Positions 27,331 through 39,284 of a DNA stretch of 64,000 bases are shown here, piece by piece. Source of the DNA: Cellvibrionales bacterium (GTDB lineage Bacteria > Pseudomonadota > Gammaproteobacteria > Pseudomonadales > UBA7434). The position numbers and the translations under genes are program-made. Location: positions 31,693 to 95,692 of the forward strand of contig JBELIP010000006.1 of assembly GCA_042090785.1 (NCBI GenBank). The letters run 5' to 3'. The notes under the pieces were generated by a model. It was not told the origin of the DNA. It saw nothing but the letters and a program-made list of their open reading frames with translations, and did no database searches. Numbering within the stretch: the first letter of the stretch is position 1; every line of letters begins with the position of its first letter.

Positions 27331-30312
27331 ATGGATAAAATTGTTGTCCGCGGTGCCCGCACCCACAACCTCAAAGATATTGATATTGAATTACCCCGCG
27401 ATAGCTTCATTGTTATCACTGGGTTGTCTGGTTCTGGTAAATCATCACTAGCTTTTGATACTTTGTATGCAGAAGGACAGCGTCGCTACGTCGAATCGCT
27501 ATCCACTTATGCCCGACAATTTTTATCCCTAATGGAAAAGCCCGATGTTGATCACATTGAAGGCTTATCACCGGCTATTTCCATTGAGCAAAAATCAACA
27601 TCCCATAACCCACGCTCAACCGTGGGCACCATTACCGAAATCTATGACTACCTGCGCCTATTATTCGCCCGCGCCGGCACGCCGCAGTGTCCGACTCACG
27701 ACTTAACACTCGAAGCACAAACTATTAGCCAAATGGTCGATGCTGTATTGGATCTACCTGAAGGCAGTAAAGTCATGCTGCTGGCGCCCATCATTAAAGA
27801 TAGAAAAGGCGAACACTTAAAACTGTTTGATAAGTTAAAACAAGAGGGATTTGTCCGTGTGCGCGTCGATGGAGAAATCTATGATATTGATGAAGTCCCC
27901 GCCCTCAAGAAAAATTTTAAGCACTCGGTAGATGTTGTTGTTGACCGCTTCAAAGTACGCGACGATTTAAAACAACGTATAGCAGATTCATTCGAAACCG
28001 CGCTTGGTCTTGCCGAAGGCGTTGCCTGTATCGCTTTTATGGAAAGCGACCCTAACGATGAAACCACAAAGGATATGGTTTTTTCCGCAAACTATGCCTG
28101 CCCCGAATGCGGCTATAGTCTTAACGAATTAGAACCTCGATTATTTTCATTTAACAACCCCGCTGGCGCCTGCCCTGACTGTGATGGCTTAGGTGTTAAA
28201 CAATACTTTGATATCGATCGCGTGGTTCAATACCCTGACTCGAGCCTTGCCGAAGGCGCTATTCGTGGCTGGGATAAACGCAGCGTGTACTATTTTCATA
28301 TGCTTACGTCACTGGCTGAGCACTTTGAGTTTTCAATTGATACACCCTTTAATACACTGAGCAAAAAACATCGCGAGACTATTTTATACGGCAGCAAAGA
28401 AGAAGTTGCTTTTTCTTATGTCAATGATCGCGGCGATATTTTCAAACGTACTCATGCATTCGAAGGCATTATCCCAAATATGGAGCGCCGCTACCGCGAT
28501 ACACAATCGCAAATGGTACGCGAAGATTTAACCAAGTTTATTAGCAACCAATGCTGCCCCGCCTGTGATGGCTCGCGCTTAAGACGCAGCGCAAGGCATG
28601 TTTTTGTTGACGGCTCTAATTTACCGCAAATTACTGCACTGCCTGTAACGGCGGCTTATGAATATTTCTCTACGCTAACGCTACCCGGCAAGCGCGGAAA
28701 AATTGCAGAAAAAATTGTTAAAGAAATCCATCAGCGTTTGGAATTTTTGGTTGATGTAGGGCTGAACTATTTAACCCTTGATCGCAATGCCGATAGTTTA
28801 TCGGGCGGCGAGGCACAACGTATTCGGCTGGCTAGCCAAATTGGCGCGGGCTTAGTCGGTGTAATGTATATTCTGGATGAACCCTCTATTGGCTTACATC
28901 AGCGTGATAACGAACGTTTACTTAAAACACTGACGCGCCTCAGAGATCTTGGTAACACAGTGATCGTAGTTGAACATGATGAAGATGCGATACGACAAGC
29001 CGACTATGTGATTGATATTGGTCCTGGTGCCGGTGTACATGGCGGCGAAGTGGTCGCTAAAGGCAGCGTAGAAAAAATTATGCGCGCTAAAAAATCCGTG
29101 ACCGGACAGTATCTGTCGGGCAAAAAAGCGATTCAAGTTCCAGAAAAGCGACATCCTGTTAACCCAAAAGAACAAATCGTTTTATCCGGCGCTACCGGCA
29201 ACAACCTGCAAAACGTTGATATTAATATACCGCTAGGTTTACTCACCTGCATTACGGGCGTATCGGGGTCCGGTAAATCAACATTGATTAACGGTACACT
29301 CTACCCCGCTGCTGCTACCGCATTAAACGGTGCGACAACGTTAAAGCCAGCGCCATATACAGAAATAGCAGGACTCGATAAACTCGATAAATGCATTGAT
29401 ATAGACCAAAGCCCTATCGGCCGTACGCCACGCTCAAATCCTGCTACGTACACAGGCATTTTTACGCCGGTTCGTGAACTATTTGCCGGCACCCAAGAAG
29501 CGCGTACTCGTGGCTACAAACCTGGCCGCTTTAGCTTTAACGTTAAAGGTGGCCGATGTGAAGCCTGTCAGGGTGATGGCGTTATCAAAGTAGAAATGCA
29601 TTTTTTGCCGGATGTCTATGTCCCGTGCGATGTGTGTAAAGGTAAGCGCTATAATCGTGAAACCCTCGAGGTCACTTATAAAGGCAAAAATATTTTTGAA
29701 GTCTTAGATATGACGGCAGAAGATGCCCTCGTGTTTTTTGCTGCAATACCCGTCATCGCTAAAAAACTACAAACATTGCAAGACGTTGGCTTAACCTATG
29801 TAAAATTGGGACAAGCAGCAACCACGCTATCAGGCGGTGAAGCGCAACGAGTTAAACTGGCTAAAGAGCTATCAAAACGGGATACCGGCCGCACGCTGTA
29901 CATTCTTGATGAGCCAACCACAGGCTTACATTTTGCCGATATACAGCAACTGCTCACGGTACTGCATCATTTACGTGATCGTGGCAACACCATTGTCATT
30001 ATCGAGCACAATCTCGATGTAATAAAAACAGCTGACTGGGTTATTGATTTAGGGCCAGAAGGCGGAAGTGGTGGTGGACAGATTATTGCTGAAGGAACGC
30101 CAGAAGCGATTACCAAGATGAAGCACTCACATACAGGTAAATTCTTGAAGCCATTAGTTAAAAAAAACCAAGCATCAAAAACTGTCGCCGCTAAAAGTAC
30201 TACTAAAAAGAACTCCGCTAAAAAAACGGCGGCGAAAAAAAGTACTGAAAAGAAAAGCACTGTAAAAAAATCTGCGTCTAAAAAACCCGCCGCGAAGAAC
30301 ACCAAAAAATAA
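27331..30312 (+). CDS. uvrA: Excinuclease ABC subunit A with a 50-aa Lys-rich C-terminal extension
   Basis: [17 protein letters not shown], two ABC modules ([18 protein letters not shown], two LSGGEAQR signatures) and zinc-finger cysteines. Start at ATG 27331 (the ORF track began at TTG 27307). The canonical end ...[10 protein letters not shown] is followed by [50 protein letters not shown]. Confidence 0.97.
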   Translation: MDKIVVRGARTHNLKDIDIELPRDSFIVITGLSGSGKSSLAFDTLYAEGQRRYVESLSTYARQFLSLMEKPDVDHIEGLSPAISIEQKSTSHNPRSTVGTITEIYDYLRLLFARAGTPQCPTHDLTLEAQTISQMVDAVLDLPEGSKVMLLAPIIKDRKGEHLKLFDKLKQEGFVRVRVDGEIYDIDEVPALKKNFKHSVDVVVDRFKVRDDLKQRIADSFETALGLAEGVACIAFMESDPNDETTKDMVFSANYACPECGYSLNELEPRLFSFNNPAGACPDCDGLGVKQYFDIDRVVQYPDSSLAEGAIRGWDKRSVYYFHMLTSLAEHFEFSIDTPFNTLSKKHRETILYGSKEEVAFSYVNDRGDIFKRTHAFEGIIPNMERRYRDTQSQMVREDLTKFISNQCCPACDGSRLRRSARHVFVDGSNLPQITALPVTAAYEYFSTLTLPGKRGKIAEKIVKEIHQRLEFLVDVGLNYLTLDRNADSLSGGEAQRIRLASQIGAGLVGVMYILDEPSIGLHQRDNERLLKTLTRLRDLGNTVIVVEHDEDAIRQADYVIDIGPGAGVHGGEVVAKGSVEKIMRAKKSVTGQYLSGKKAIQVPEKRHPVNPKEQIVLSGATGNNLQNVDINIPLGLLTCITGVSGSGKSTLINGTLYPAAATALNGATTLKPAPYTEIAGLDKLDKCIDIDQSPIGRTPRSNPATYTGIFTPVRELFAGTQEARTRGYKPGRFSFNVKGGRCEACQGDGVIKVEMHFLPDVYVPCDVCKGKRYNRETLEVTYKGKNIFEVLDMTAEDALVFFAAIPVIAKKLQTLQDVGLTYVKLGQAATTLSGGEAQRVKLAKELSKRDTGRTLYILDEPTTGLHFADIQQLLTVLHHLRDRGNTIVIIEHNLDVIKTADWVIDLGPEGGSGGGQIIAEGTPEAITKMKHSHTGKFLKPLVKKNQASKTVAAKSTTKKNSAKKTAAKKSTEKKSTVKKSASKKPAAKNTKK

Positions 30313-30349
30313 TTAACCGCACAGCGGGTCGTTTATTTTGGTCAGTGTT

Positions 30350-31456
30350 TTAGGCGACAATAAATGTCGCCTCTGATTTTTTGGCACGATACATTGCTTC
30401 ATCAGCCGCTTTTAGTAACTGCTCTGGGCTCGCGCCATTTTCAGGGTAGCATGCAATACCAATACTGCAGCCAACGGTAATCGTTTCTCCCGAATAAGCA
30501 ATCGGCTGAGCTAAAGCCGCACAAACCCTTTCAGCAAAGCTCTTTAGTTTCTCAGGTAATATCTCATCGCCATCAAGAATGACTGCAAACTCATCACCAC
30601 CAATACGCGCTACAGTATCGGAAAGACGGACTACTTCTAATAAACGTACAGCCATTTCCTGTAATACAAAATCACCCACTCGGTGACCAAGATCATCATT
30701 AATAGGTTTGAATTTATCTAAATCGATATAGAGCAGTACAACCTCGCTACCGTTTCTTATTGAGCGATTTAATGCCTTTTCTAGCAAATCATCAAACATC
30801 ATACGGTTATACAAACCCGTTAACGAATCATGCGCGGCTAAATATTCATAGCGGACACGCTCTTCTTCTTTTTGAATACGAAGCGACTGATACATTTTAT
30901 TAGTAGATGACATTATGGCAATTAACATGACAAACGTTACCATCCAATTTGCATGCAAGTGCACCAAACGATAATTCATATCCAAATAAAGCGGTAATTG
31001 AATATCTTGCTCGCCAAGCCAAGCCGTTACCCAATAAACCATAACAGTGAGAAGCCCTACGACTAGACCGGCTAGGTTACCTAGCAAAACATAGGCAATT
31101 AAAATTGGGACCACTAAGAGTGGAAACACAGGTGAATACTCAACACCACCTGTTAGCAATATGGATATTGAAATTGCAGTAAATAAAATAACGATTAAAA
31201 AATAACTATTAAAAACTAAATGGCCAAAAAAATGCAGATTCAAAATACCTAAGGCTAAAGCTAATGCTAGCAATAAAGTACTAAAGCCAGCAAAACTACG
31301 CGCGGCATCACTTAACTCTGCAAAGAAAAAGAAATAACAAGAACTCATAACAAACGCTAACAGTGCCGCCAATAAAATAAAGCATAAAACACGTGCACGG
31401 TATAATGTTTCAAAATTGTTTGCTAATTTAATACTGATCAAATGATCCAAATCCAT
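30350..31456 (-). CDS. Diguanylate cyclase (multi-TM sensor domain + GGDEF)
   Basis: RIGGDEF active site with YEYLAAHDSLTGLYNR. The N-terminal half is polytopic membrane. Start placed at ATG 31456 (MDLDHL), preceded by GAGGT; the ORF-track start is 31513. Confidence 0.88.
   Translation of the reverse strand: MDLDHLISIKLANNFETLYRARVLCFILLAALLAFVMSSCYFFFFAELSDAARSFAGFSTLLLALALALGILNLHFFGHLVFNSYFLIVILFTAISISILLTGGVEYSPVFPLLVVPILIAYVLLGNLAGLVVGLLTVMVYWVTAWLGEQDIQLPLYLDMNYRLVHLHANWMVTFVMLIAIMSSTNKMYQSLRIQKEEERVRYEYLAAHDSLTGLYNRMMFDDLLEKALNRSIRNGSEVVLLYIDLDKFKPINDDLGHRVGDFVLQEMAVRLLEVVRLSDTVARIGGDEFAVILDGDEILPEKLKSFAERVCAALAQPIAYSGETITVGCSIGIACYPENGASPEQLLKAADEAMYRAKKSEATFIVA
30352..30382 (+). terminator. 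Rho-independent terminator of uvrA, embedded in the 3' coding end of the convergent GGDEF gene
   Basis: Stem AGGCGACA (30352-30359) / TGTCGCCT (30365-30372), then ctgaTTTTTT. Confidence 0.65.
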
Positions 31457-31782
31457 AACTAGTCCTACCTCAGTCTCTAATCCTGAAAAACCTGACCCAA
31501 CAACACACCTCAATTAAGAGTCCGTTTTGCTGCTAAAATTACGGGTAAAATTATTTTTATTGAGCTTGAGGGCTTTCGCAATCCAATACGTTTTTACGTT
31601 AGCAATTTAAGGAATATTGCTGGGTATAAACTCTTTTGTAGGTAAAAAAACTTTTAAAAAGCTACGTTTAAAAAGTGCGATTTATAGCACTTAATAATAG
31701 CTCATATGTGAGCCGAGGATAGATTGAGTTGGCATTAGTAAACGAAACAATAGGCGTTTTTAATACAAACAAAAAAATTAAG

Positions 31783-31818
31783 CAAAAAAAAAGCCGAGAC
31801 AGGCTCGGCTTTTTTAAA
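31783..31818 (-). terminator. Rho-independent terminator at the end of the alpha operon (after rplQ)
   Basis: Stem AAGCCGAG / CTCGGCTT (31791-31810) flanked by A- and T-runs on both sides, so potentially bidirectional. Confidence 0.8.
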
Positions 31819-31829
31819 AAAATGAGTGA

Positions 31830-32231
31830 TTATTCGTCTTCAAAGTCATCATCAAAGTCGAATGCATCATTTTGTGGACGATCAACCAACTCTACATAAG
31901 CCATTGGTGCTTTGTCACCGGTACGGAAACCGCATTTTAAAATGCGGATATAACCACCTGGACGAGTATCGTAACGTGGACCCAGCTCGGCAAAAAGCTT
32001 ACCTACCACTTCTTTACTGCGCGTGCGATCGAACGCTAAACGACGGTTAGCAACACTATCTTGCTTTGCTAAGGTAATTAAAGGCTCAGCAAATCGACGA
32101 AGCTCTTTTGCCTTAGGCAAGGTAGTACGAATCATTTCATGCTCAACCAATGAATTGGTCATGTTGCGAAACATCGCTTTACGATGTGATGCATTACGGT
32201 TGAGCTGTCTGCCAGTATGACGATGACGCAT
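31830..32231 (-). CDS. rplQ: 50S ribosomal protein L17
   Basis: [24 protein letters not shown]... Last gene of the alpha operon. Acidic C-terminal tail. Confidence 0.97.
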   Translation of the reverse strand: MRHRHTGRQLNRNASHRKAMFRNMTNSLVEHEMIRTTLPKAKELRRFAEPLITLAKQDSVANRRLAFDRTRSKEVVGKLFAELGPRYDTRPGGYIRILKCGFRTGDKAPMAYVELVDRPQNDAFDFDDDFEDE

Positions 32232-32297
32232 GGCAAGGTTTCCTGTAAATACTAAAAAAGTTAAACGTTAAAAAACTAAACTAAAGAGCACAAGCTA

Positions 32298-33299
32298 TTA
32301 AGCAAGAATTTTGTCGTCGTTGCGTAGACTCGCTGGCGGCCAGTTATCAAGGCGTAAACCTAATGATAATCCTCTGGATGCAAGCACATCTTTAATCTCG
32401 GTCAGTGATTTCTTACCTAGGTTAGGCGTCTTTAAAAGCTCAACCTCTGTACGCTGTACTAAATCACCAATGTAGTAAATGTTCTCTGCCTTCAAGCAGT
32501 TTGCCGATCGAACAGTCAATTCTAAATCGTCAACTGGACGCAACAAGATAGGATCAATCTCTTCTTCTTGCTGTGCTGGCTCAAGTTCTTTCTCGCCTTC
32601 TAGGTCAACAAATACAGCAAGCTGCTGCTGTAAAATAGTTGCCGCTCGGCGGATCGCTTCTTCAGAATCTAAGGTACCGTTAGTTTCTAAATCAATAATC
32701 AACTTATCAAGGTCAGTACGCTGCTCAACACGTGCGCTATCAACAACATACGATACACGACGAACCGGGCTATAAGATGCATCTAACTGTAAACGACCAA
32801 TCGCTTTTGATTCATCATCGTCAGTTTGACGAGCATCAACTGGCTGATATCCGCGACCTGTGGTTACTGTCAACTTCATTGACAATTCACCCGTACCATT
32901 TAGGTGGGCGATAACATGGTCAGGGTTTTTAATTTCAATTTCATGGTCAAGCTGAATGTCGCGAGCCGTTACAACACCTGGGCCCTTTTTATTCAACGTT
33001 AAAACCGTTGAATCGCGATCGTTCATGATTACCGAAACACCTTTAAGGTTAAGCAGTATCTCGATAACGTCTTCTTGAACGCCTTCAATAGCGCTGTACT
33101 CATGCAGTACACCGTCAATCTCTACGTCACTGATAGCTGCACCAGGCATAGAAGATAAAAGAATTCGACGTAAAGCATTCCCTAGAGTGTGACCAAAACC
33201 ACGCTCCAGCGGTTCCAAAGTGATTTTTGCTCGCGTATCGCTGAGCTCTACAACATCGATAAGACGTGGTGTTAGAAAATCGCTGCCTGCACTTAGCAT
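32298..33299 (-). CDS. rpoA: DNA-directed RNA polymerase subunit alpha
   Basis: Near-colinear with E. coli RpoA (FLTPRLIDV..., [63 protein letters not shown]). Start at ATG 33299; the 22 extra residues of the ORF-track start 33365 are not conserved. Confidence 0.97.
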   Translation of the reverse strand: MLSAGSDFLTPRLIDVVELSDTRAKITLEPLERGFGHTLGNALRRILLSSMPGAAISDVEIDGVLHEYSAIEGVQEDVIEILLNLKGVSVIMNDRDSTVLTLNKKGPGVVTARDIQLDHEIEIKNPDHVIAHLNGTGELSMKLTVTTGRGYQPVDARQTDDDESKAIGRLQLDASYSPVRRVSYVVDSARVEQRTDLDKLIIDLETNGTLDSEEAIRRAATILQQQLAVFVDLEGEKELEPAQQEEEIDPILLRPVDDLELTVRSANCLKAENIYYIGDLVQRTEVELLKTPNLGKKSLTEIKDVLASRGLSLGLRLDNWPPASLRNDDKILA

Positions 33300-33545
33300 A
33301 TCGTTACCTGTAATTTGATAAACTGATTTCTGGACTGTGTTTCTACATAGAATAAGTGAGGACATGGCCTCTAAAACTTATTCCTTTACCCAAAATTATT
33401 GATAACCGCATTCTATTCTTAGTACTGCAGAAAGCTCACACATAATTTAACTGGGCTTTCTTACTCTATATCAAGAACAATGGCTAACATTAACAGTGGG
33501 CGTGGCATGCGCATTTAGCAGCAAACCACATAGAAACCACGCTTA

Positions 33546-34166
33546 TTACTTGGAGTACAACTCGACTATCAAGCTCTCATTGATCTCCGAGGGCAAATCA
33601 GCACGATCTGGCGCTGATTTGTAAGTCCCTGCAAAACTACTTTCGTTAACATCTATCCAGTCAACATGACCGCGTTGCGCCGCCAACGACATAGCCGCTT
33701 GAATTCGCAATTGCTTCTTGGCTCGCTCACGAACCGAAACAACATCACCGGTTTGAACTTGATAAGAAGCAATATTAACGACTTTATCGTTAACAAGAAT
33801 CGAACCGTGTGACACAAGCTGACGAGATTCAGCACGAGTGGCACCAAAACCAATGCGGTAAACAACGTTATCTAAACGACCTTCAAGCATCTGAAGTAAG
33901 TTTTCACCTGTCGCTCCTTTTTGCTTAGCCGCTTTCTTATAGTAATTACGGAACTGCTTTTCTAGCACCCCATAAAGGCGTCTAACTTTTTGCTTTTCCC
34001 GTAACTGAACGCCGTAATCAGATAAACGACCGCGACGAGCACCGTGCACACCTGGCACAGCTTCGGGCTTACATTTACTGTCTAATGAACGAACACCACT
34101 CTTCAAGAAGAGGTCGGTACCTTCACGACGGGCTAATTTACAGGTTGGGCCTAAATATCGAGCCAT
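33546..34166 (-). CDS. rpsD: 30S ribosomal protein S4
   Basis: [24 protein letters not shown]...; 206 aa. Confidence 0.98.
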   Translation of the reverse strand: MARYLGPTCKLARREGTDLFLKSGVRSLDSKCKPEAVPGVHGARRGRLSDYGVQLREKQKVRRLYGVLEKQFRNYYKKAAKQKGATGENLLQMLEGRLDNVVYRIGFGATRAESRQLVSHGSILVNDKVVNIASYQVQTGDVVSVRERAKKQLRIQAAMSLAAQRGHVDWIDVNESSFAGTYKSAPDRADLPSEINESLIVELYSK

Positions 34167-34245
34167 AATGTTTGATCCTGCGTGCTTCTGATTCTATTAA
34201 ATTCGCTATAAAAAACTGCTAAATAATCAACAGTATCTAATTCGT

Positions 34246-34638
34246 TTAAACTCTACGCTTTTTCGGTGGACGACAGCCATTGTGTGGAATCGGCGTAACG
34301 TCAGTGATGCTATTAATGTTGTAACCACAGCTATGCAAAGCACGTACTGCTGATTCACGACCTGGTCCAGGCCCTTTTACTTCAACATCAAGGTTTTGCA
34401 GGCCATATTCTTTGGCTGCATTGCCCGCACGCTCAGAGGCTACCTGCGCAGCAAATGGCGTACTTTTACGAGAACCACGAAAACCAGAACCGCCAGCGGT
34501 AGCCCATGAAAGCGCATTACCTTGACGATCAGAAATCGTAATGATCGTGTTATTAAATGACGCATGGATATGCGCGATACCATCAGCAACGGTTTTTTTG
34601 ATCTTCTTACGCGTGCTTTGAGAACCCGGTTTTGCCAT
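34246..34638 (-). CDS. rpsK: 30S ribosomal protein S11
   Basis: ...[22 protein letters not shown]...[13 protein letters not shown]; 130 aa. Confidence 0.98.
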   Translation of the reverse strand: MAKPGSQSTRKKIKKTVADGIAHIHASFNNTIITISDRQGNALSWATAGGSGFRGSRKSTPFAAQVASERAGNAAKEYGLQNLDVEVKGPGPGRESAVRALHSCGYNINSITDVTPIPHNGCRPPKKRRV

Positions 34639-34690
34639 TTGTCTTACTTCCTGCGTATTTCGCTAAGAGAATATGTTTACTAAACCAACC

Positions 34691-35047
34691 TTACTTACGG
34701 ATTGGTTTACGCGGACCTTTACGAGTACGCGCATTGGTTTTTGTTCGCTGACCACGTAATGGTAAGCTACGACGATGACGAAGACCGCGGTAACAACCTA
34801 AATCAAGCAAACGCTTAATATTCATTGAAACTTCACGGCGTAAATCACCTTCAACAGATAATTTCGCAACTTCATTTCGAAGGCTATCGACCTCAGCTTC
34901 TGTCAACGAGCTGATTTTGACGGCAGGGTCAATACCTACTGTCTTACACAGATTACGAGCGGAAGTTCTTCCAACCCCATAGATATAGGTCAGTGCAATC
35001 ACTGTGTGCTTATGATCAGGAATGTTGACTCCGGCTATACGGGCCAT
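34691..35047 (-). CDS. rpsM: 30S ribosomal protein S13
   Basis: [14 protein letters not shown]... Start at ATG 35047; the ORF-track start 35095 adds non-conserved residues. Confidence 0.97.
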   Translation of the reverse strand: MARIAGVNIPDHKHTVIALTYIYGVGRTSARNLCKTVGIDPAVKISSLTEAEVDSLRNEVAKLSVEGDLRREVSMNIKRLLDLGCYRGLRHRRSLPLRGQRTKTNARTRKGPRKPIRK

Positions 35048-35406
35048 TAAAACTCTCCAAAATTGGGCTATAGTGTTAAAACAGTATTTAAACAATTAAT
35101 CGGTTTTGCTGGCTAATTATTAGGCCGTTTAACCACTAATTGGCTTATGATTCAGCTTGCGTTAGACCCGTAATACCATCGACAGATGATTTACAGCTAA
35201 TAAACCATGCTTTATAAGCCACTGTTTACGCAAACCAAAAAAATAAATAAAAACAAAAATCTATATAAATCAATGAATTAAGCGTTACATTCGACTCAAC
35301 TCACCCCTTAAATGTCTTGCTATGCTGAGCACTGCAAAAAAGGCGCGGTAGGATACCCCCCGCACGACAAAAAATCAATCACAGTTCGAGCAATACACAG
35401 CAACAA

Positions 35407-35523
35407 TTAACCTTGGCGCTGCTTATGACGTGGTTCTGCACTACAAATCACTCGAACCGCACCTTTGCGACGAATAATTTTGCAGTTACGGCATATCTTC
35501 TTAACCGAGGCACGCACTTTCAT
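35407..35523 (-). CDS. rpmJ: 50S ribosomal protein L36
   Basis: Not in the ORF track because it is under 60 aa. Manual translation of the minus strand gives [38 protein letters not shown]. Located downstream of secY as in the spc operon. Confidence 0.95.
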   Translation of the reverse strand: MKVRASVKKICRNCKIIRRKGAVRVICSAEPRHKQRQG

Positions 35524-35596
35524 AACAATCTCCAATGTGGCAAATACAGACAGTAATTATCTAAACAACATATCTGCCATAACAATTCTATTGAAA

Positions 35597-36937
35597 CTAT
35601 CTTGGGGTTAAACCGCTACCACCAAAATTCTTTAAATTCGCTTTTTTCATGACTGAATCATATTGATTCGACATTAAATGTGACTGTACCTGTGACATAA
35701 AGTCCATAACAACCACAACAACGATTAGCAATGACGTACCACCTAAATAAAACGGTACGTTAGCAAACACCTGTAAGAATTGGGGCATTAAACAAATGCC
35801 AGCCATATACAGGGAGCCAAACATTGTTAAGCGAGTCAGCACACCATCAATGTACTCTGCTGACTGCTTACCCGGACGAATCCCCGGAATAAACGCACCT
35901 GAACGCTTCAGGTTATCGGCTACTTCATCAGGGTTAAACATTAACGCTGTATAGAAGAAGCAGAAGAAAATAATAAACGCAGTAAATAACAACACGTTTA
36001 GCGGTTGGCCCGGGCTAATATAGAGCGCTAACTCTTGTAACCATTCGCCACCGGCTCCAGCCGAAGACTGACCAAACCACTGGGCAATCGAAGCGGGAAA
36101 CAGCAATATGCTTGAAGCAAAAATTGCTGGAATAACACCGGCCATATTCACCTTTAGTGGCAAGTGGCTAGTTTGTGCTGCAAATACTTTACGGCCTTGT
36201 TGGCGCTTAGCGTAGTTAACGGTGATTCTTCGCTGGCCACGCTCAATACGGACAATAAAGAAAATTAACGCTATTGCTAAAAACAACACACCTAGCAACA
36301 ATAACAAGTTCATTTCACCTTGCCTTGCTTGCTCAAGGGACTGGAAAATAGCTGCAGGCAAACCTGCAACAATTCCGGCAAAAATTAACAAGCTAATACC
36401 GTTACCAATGCCACGCTCTGTAACCTGCTCACCAAGCCACATCATAAATACGGCACCAGTGACTAAAGAAATAATGGCTGGTAAGTAAAAACCCATACCT
36501 GCGACATAAGAAAGCCCCTGATTAGCAAGTCCAGCTGACATACCTGCCGCTTGAACCAACGCCAAAGCGACGGTTAAGTAACGCGTGTACTGCGTAATTT
36601 TACGTCGACCAGACTCACCTTCTTTCTTAAGCTGGGTCAAATGGTCACTGACCGAACCCATTAACTGCATAATAATCGAAGCTGAAATATATGGCATGAT
36701 ACCCAGTGCCAATATACTCATACGTTCGAGTGCACCACCAGAAAACATATTAAACATATCCAGAATAGTGCCTTCATTCTGGTTAAACATATCGGCTAAA
36801 CGTTCTGGATTAATACCAGGGACAGGAATATGCGTACCAATCCGGTAAATAATAATCGCCAACAAAACAAAGCGTAAACGAGTCCAAAGCTCACTAAGGC
36901 CTGATTGTGCGTTGGGAGATAATCCGGGCTTTGCCAT
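35597..36937 (-). CDS. secY: Preprotein translocase subunit SecY
   Basis: Colinear with E. coli SecY (MAKPGL..., [55 protein letters not shown]). Start at ATG 36937. Confidence 0.97.
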   Translation of the reverse strand: MAKPGLSPNAQSGLSELWTRLRFVLLAIIIYRIGTHIPVPGINPERLADMFNQNEGTILDMFNMFSGGALERMSILALGIMPYISASIIMQLMGSVSDHLTQLKKEGESGRRKITQYTRYLTVALALVQAAGMSAGLANQGLSYVAGMGFYLPAIISLVTGAVFMMWLGEQVTERGIGNGISLLIFAGIVAGLPAAIFQSLEQARQGEMNLLLLLGVLFLAIALIFFIVRIERGQRRITVNYAKRQQGRKVFAAQTSHLPLKVNMAGVIPAIFASSILLFPASIAQWFGQSSAGAGGEWLQELALYISPGQPLNVLLFTAFIIFFCFFYTALMFNPDEVADNLKRSGAFIPGIRPGKQSAEYIDGVLTRLTMFGSLYMAGICLMPQFLQVFANVPFYLGGTSLLIVVVVVMDFMSQVQSHLMSNQYDSVMKKANLKNFGGSGLTPR

Positions 36938-37033
36938 AATCTTGTTTCTTAAATCGCTGAGCTTAGTCAATAATTAGTGGCGCTACTATTATTTCTATTA
37001 ATAGCAAGGCCACTTCGCCTACTACTCTTATAA

Positions 37034-37468
37034 TTACTCTTCTATCTTTCCGCCGGCCGCTTCAATCGCTTGACGGGCGCCCTTAGATACGCGCAATCCT
37101 CTAACGGTAACGGCTTTAGTGATTTCACCTTGTAAAAACACTTTGGCTTGTACGATATTGTGACCAACTAAACCTGCCGCTTTAAGCGCTAGTAAGTCGA
37201 TAACATCTGCTTCAATTCTGCTGAGCTCACAAACGCGAACTTGATCGCTAACGCGGCCAATACGTGAGGTAAAACCGTATTTAGGCAAACGTTTTTGTAA
37301 AGGCATCTGACCACCCTCGAAACCTGGACGAACACTACCGCCAGAACGAGACTTTTGACCTTTATGACCGCGACCACAGGTTTTACCCAAGCCACTGCCG
37401 ATACCGCGACCAACACGTCTTGCGCGGTGTCTAGCACCGTCAGCAGACTTAATAGTATTCAAACGCAT
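37034..37468 (-). CDS. rplO: 50S ribosomal protein L15
   Basis: MRLNTIK...[25 protein letters not shown]. The conserved start is at 37468. An in-frame ATG at 37480 (MSELMRLNT) has better SD spacing, so the start is ambiguous by 4 codons. Confidence 0.95.
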   Translation of the reverse strand: MRLNTIKSADGARHRARRVGRGIGSGLGKTCGRGHKGQKSRSGGSVRPGFEGGQMPLQKRLPKYGFTSRIGRVSDQVRVCELSRIEADVIDLLALKAAGLVGHNIVQAKVFLQGEITKAVTVRGLRVSKGARQAIEAAGGKIEE

Positions 37469-37479
37469 CAATTCGCTCA

Positions 37480-37671
37480 TTATTTTGCTTCCTCGACACT
37501 CACTAAGTAGTGCACTCGATTAATCATGCCGCGGTTTGAAGGCGTATCATCAACGGTAACTACGTGATTAATACGACGCAGGCCCAAACCTCGTAAACAA
37601 GATTTATGCGCCTTCAAACGTCCCGCACTGCTGCGTATTTGTTTGACTGTGATGGTATTTTCACTTGCCAT
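37480..37671 (-). CDS. rpmD: 50S ribosomal protein L30
   Basis: 63 aa; ...[30 protein letters not shown]... Confidence 0.95.
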   Translation of the reverse strand: MASENTITVKQIRSSAGRLKAHKSCLRGLGLRRINHVVTVDDTPSNRGMINRVHYLVSVEEAK

Positions 37672-37719
37672 GAGTCTAAACTCCGATCACTCACTAAATG
37701 CACTTCTGACTCAGTCAGA

Positions 37720-38229
37720 TTATGCAGTAATTTCTCCAACTGACTTACCACGTTTTGCCGCAATATCATCGGGCGAACGCATATCAGTTAAACCTTTAAT
37801 TGTTGCGCGCACTACGTTAGCTGGGTTAGTTGAACCGTAACACTTAGCTAGTACGTTATGTACACCTGCAACTTCTAACACAGCTCGCATCGCACCACCG
37901 GCAATGACACCAGTACCTTCAGATGCAGGCTGCATATAAACTTTCGAAGCGCCATGATTTGCGCGAACTGGATACTGCAGCGTACCGTCAGTTAGTTGAA
38001 CACTAACCATATTACGTCGCGCAGACTCCATCGCTTTTTGAATCGCTATTGGCACTTCACGCGCCTTACCACGACCAAACCCGACTTTACCATTACCATC
38101 ACCAACAACGGTTAATGCTGTAAAGCCGAATACACGACCACCTTTAACTACTTTAGCAACTCGGTTAACCTGAACCAGTTTTTCCTGCAGGCCTTCTTCG
38201 TTGTCTTTGTTTTGCTCGTTAAACGCCAT
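37720..38229 (-). CDS. rpsE: 30S ribosomal protein S5
   Basis: ...[47 protein letters not shown]... Confidence 0.98.
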   Translation of the reverse strand: MAFNEQNKDNEEGLQEKLVQVNRVAKVVKGGRVFGFTALTVVGDGNGKVGFGRGKAREVPIAIQKAMESARRNMVSVQLTDGTLQYPVRANHGASKVYMQPASEGTGVIAGGAMRAVLEVAGVHNVLAKCYGSTNPANVVRATIKGLTDMRSPDDIAAKRGKSVGEITA

Positions 38230-38238
38230 ACCGATACC

Positions 38239-38589
38239 CTAGAATTCCAGACCTGCTTCACGCGCGGCATCTGCCAACGCTTTAACTCGACCGTGGTATT
38301 TATAACCACTACGATCAAAAGATACTTCGCTTACACCTGCTGCTTTTGCGCGCTCAGCAATCATTGCACCTACTGCTTTTGCGGCATCAACATTGCCGGT
38401 AGTACCGCTGCGCAATGATTTATCAAGCGTCGAGGCTGTAGCCAAGATTTGATCACCGTCAGCAGAAATAATTTGCGCATAGATATGTCGAGGTGTGCGG
38501 TTAACACTTAGGCGGTTAGCACCTAAGGCTCGCATTTTTACTCGACTACGACGTGCTCGTCGTATTCTGGCAATTTTTTTGTCACTCAT
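38239..38589 (-). CDS. rplR: 50S ribosomal protein L18
   Basis: [16 protein letters not shown]...[10 protein letters not shown]...[26 protein letters not shown]. Confidence 0.98.
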   Translation of the reverse strand: MSDKKIARIRRARRSRVKMRALGANRLSVNRTPRHIYAQIISADGDQILATASTLDKSLRSGTTGNVDAAKAVGAMIAERAKAAGVSEVSFDRSGYKYHGRVKALADAAREAGLEF

Positions 38590-38653
38590 CTCAAAACCTT
38601 TATCTTACGTGTTTCAAACTATCTTCATGGTCAGTTACTTAACTAACCTCAAA

Positions 38654-39187
38654 TTATTTCTTCTTAGCTTCTTTACGACGAACATGCTCATCGGCATAAC
38701 GTACACCCTTGCCCTTATAAGGCTCTGGTGGTCTAAAGGCACGAATTTCTGCAGCAACCTGACCAACCACTTGCTTATCAATACCTTTAATAACAATCTC
38801 TGTTTGGCTTGGCGTTTCAGCGGCAACGCCTTCAGGTAATTGGTAATCAACAGGGTGTGAAAAACCCAATGTTAAATTCAACGTTTTACCCGTCGCTTTT
38901 GCACGGTAACCAACACCGTTTAACTGAAGCTTTTTCTCAAAACCTTCATGAACACCAATAACCATATTGCTCACTAGCGAGCGGATCGTACCAGACATAG
39001 CACGCGACTCTTTGCTGGTATTACGCGCTGCAAATGTTAACGTTCCATCATCAAGCTTGACTTCAACCAAGCTATGCACAGACATTTCTAGTGAACCTTT
39101 GCCACCTTTAACTGCCAACGCTTGACCGTCTAGCTTAACCTCAACACCCGTGGGGACTGAGACAGGATTATTTGCTACTCGAGACAT
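38654..39187 (-). CDS. rplF: 50S ribosomal protein L6
   Basis: [17 protein letters not shown]...[11 protein letters not shown]...; 177 aa. Confidence 0.98.
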   Translation of the reverse strand: MSRVANNPVSVPTGVEVKLDGQALAVKGGKGSLEMSVHSLVEVKLDDGTLTFAARNTSKESRAMSGTIRSLVSNMVIGVHEGFEKKLQLNGVGYRAKATGKTLNLTLGFSHPVDYQLPEGVAAETPSQTEIVIKGIDKQVVGQVAAEIRAFRPPEPYKGKGVRYADEHVRRKEAKKK

Positions 39188-39284
39188 ATCAATTTACCTA
39201 AATATTTCTGATCGCTTTACGCTTTATTCCAGAATTTCTATTACGGGTAGCGACATAAGCCGAAGAACCCGCCAACACACCGAA

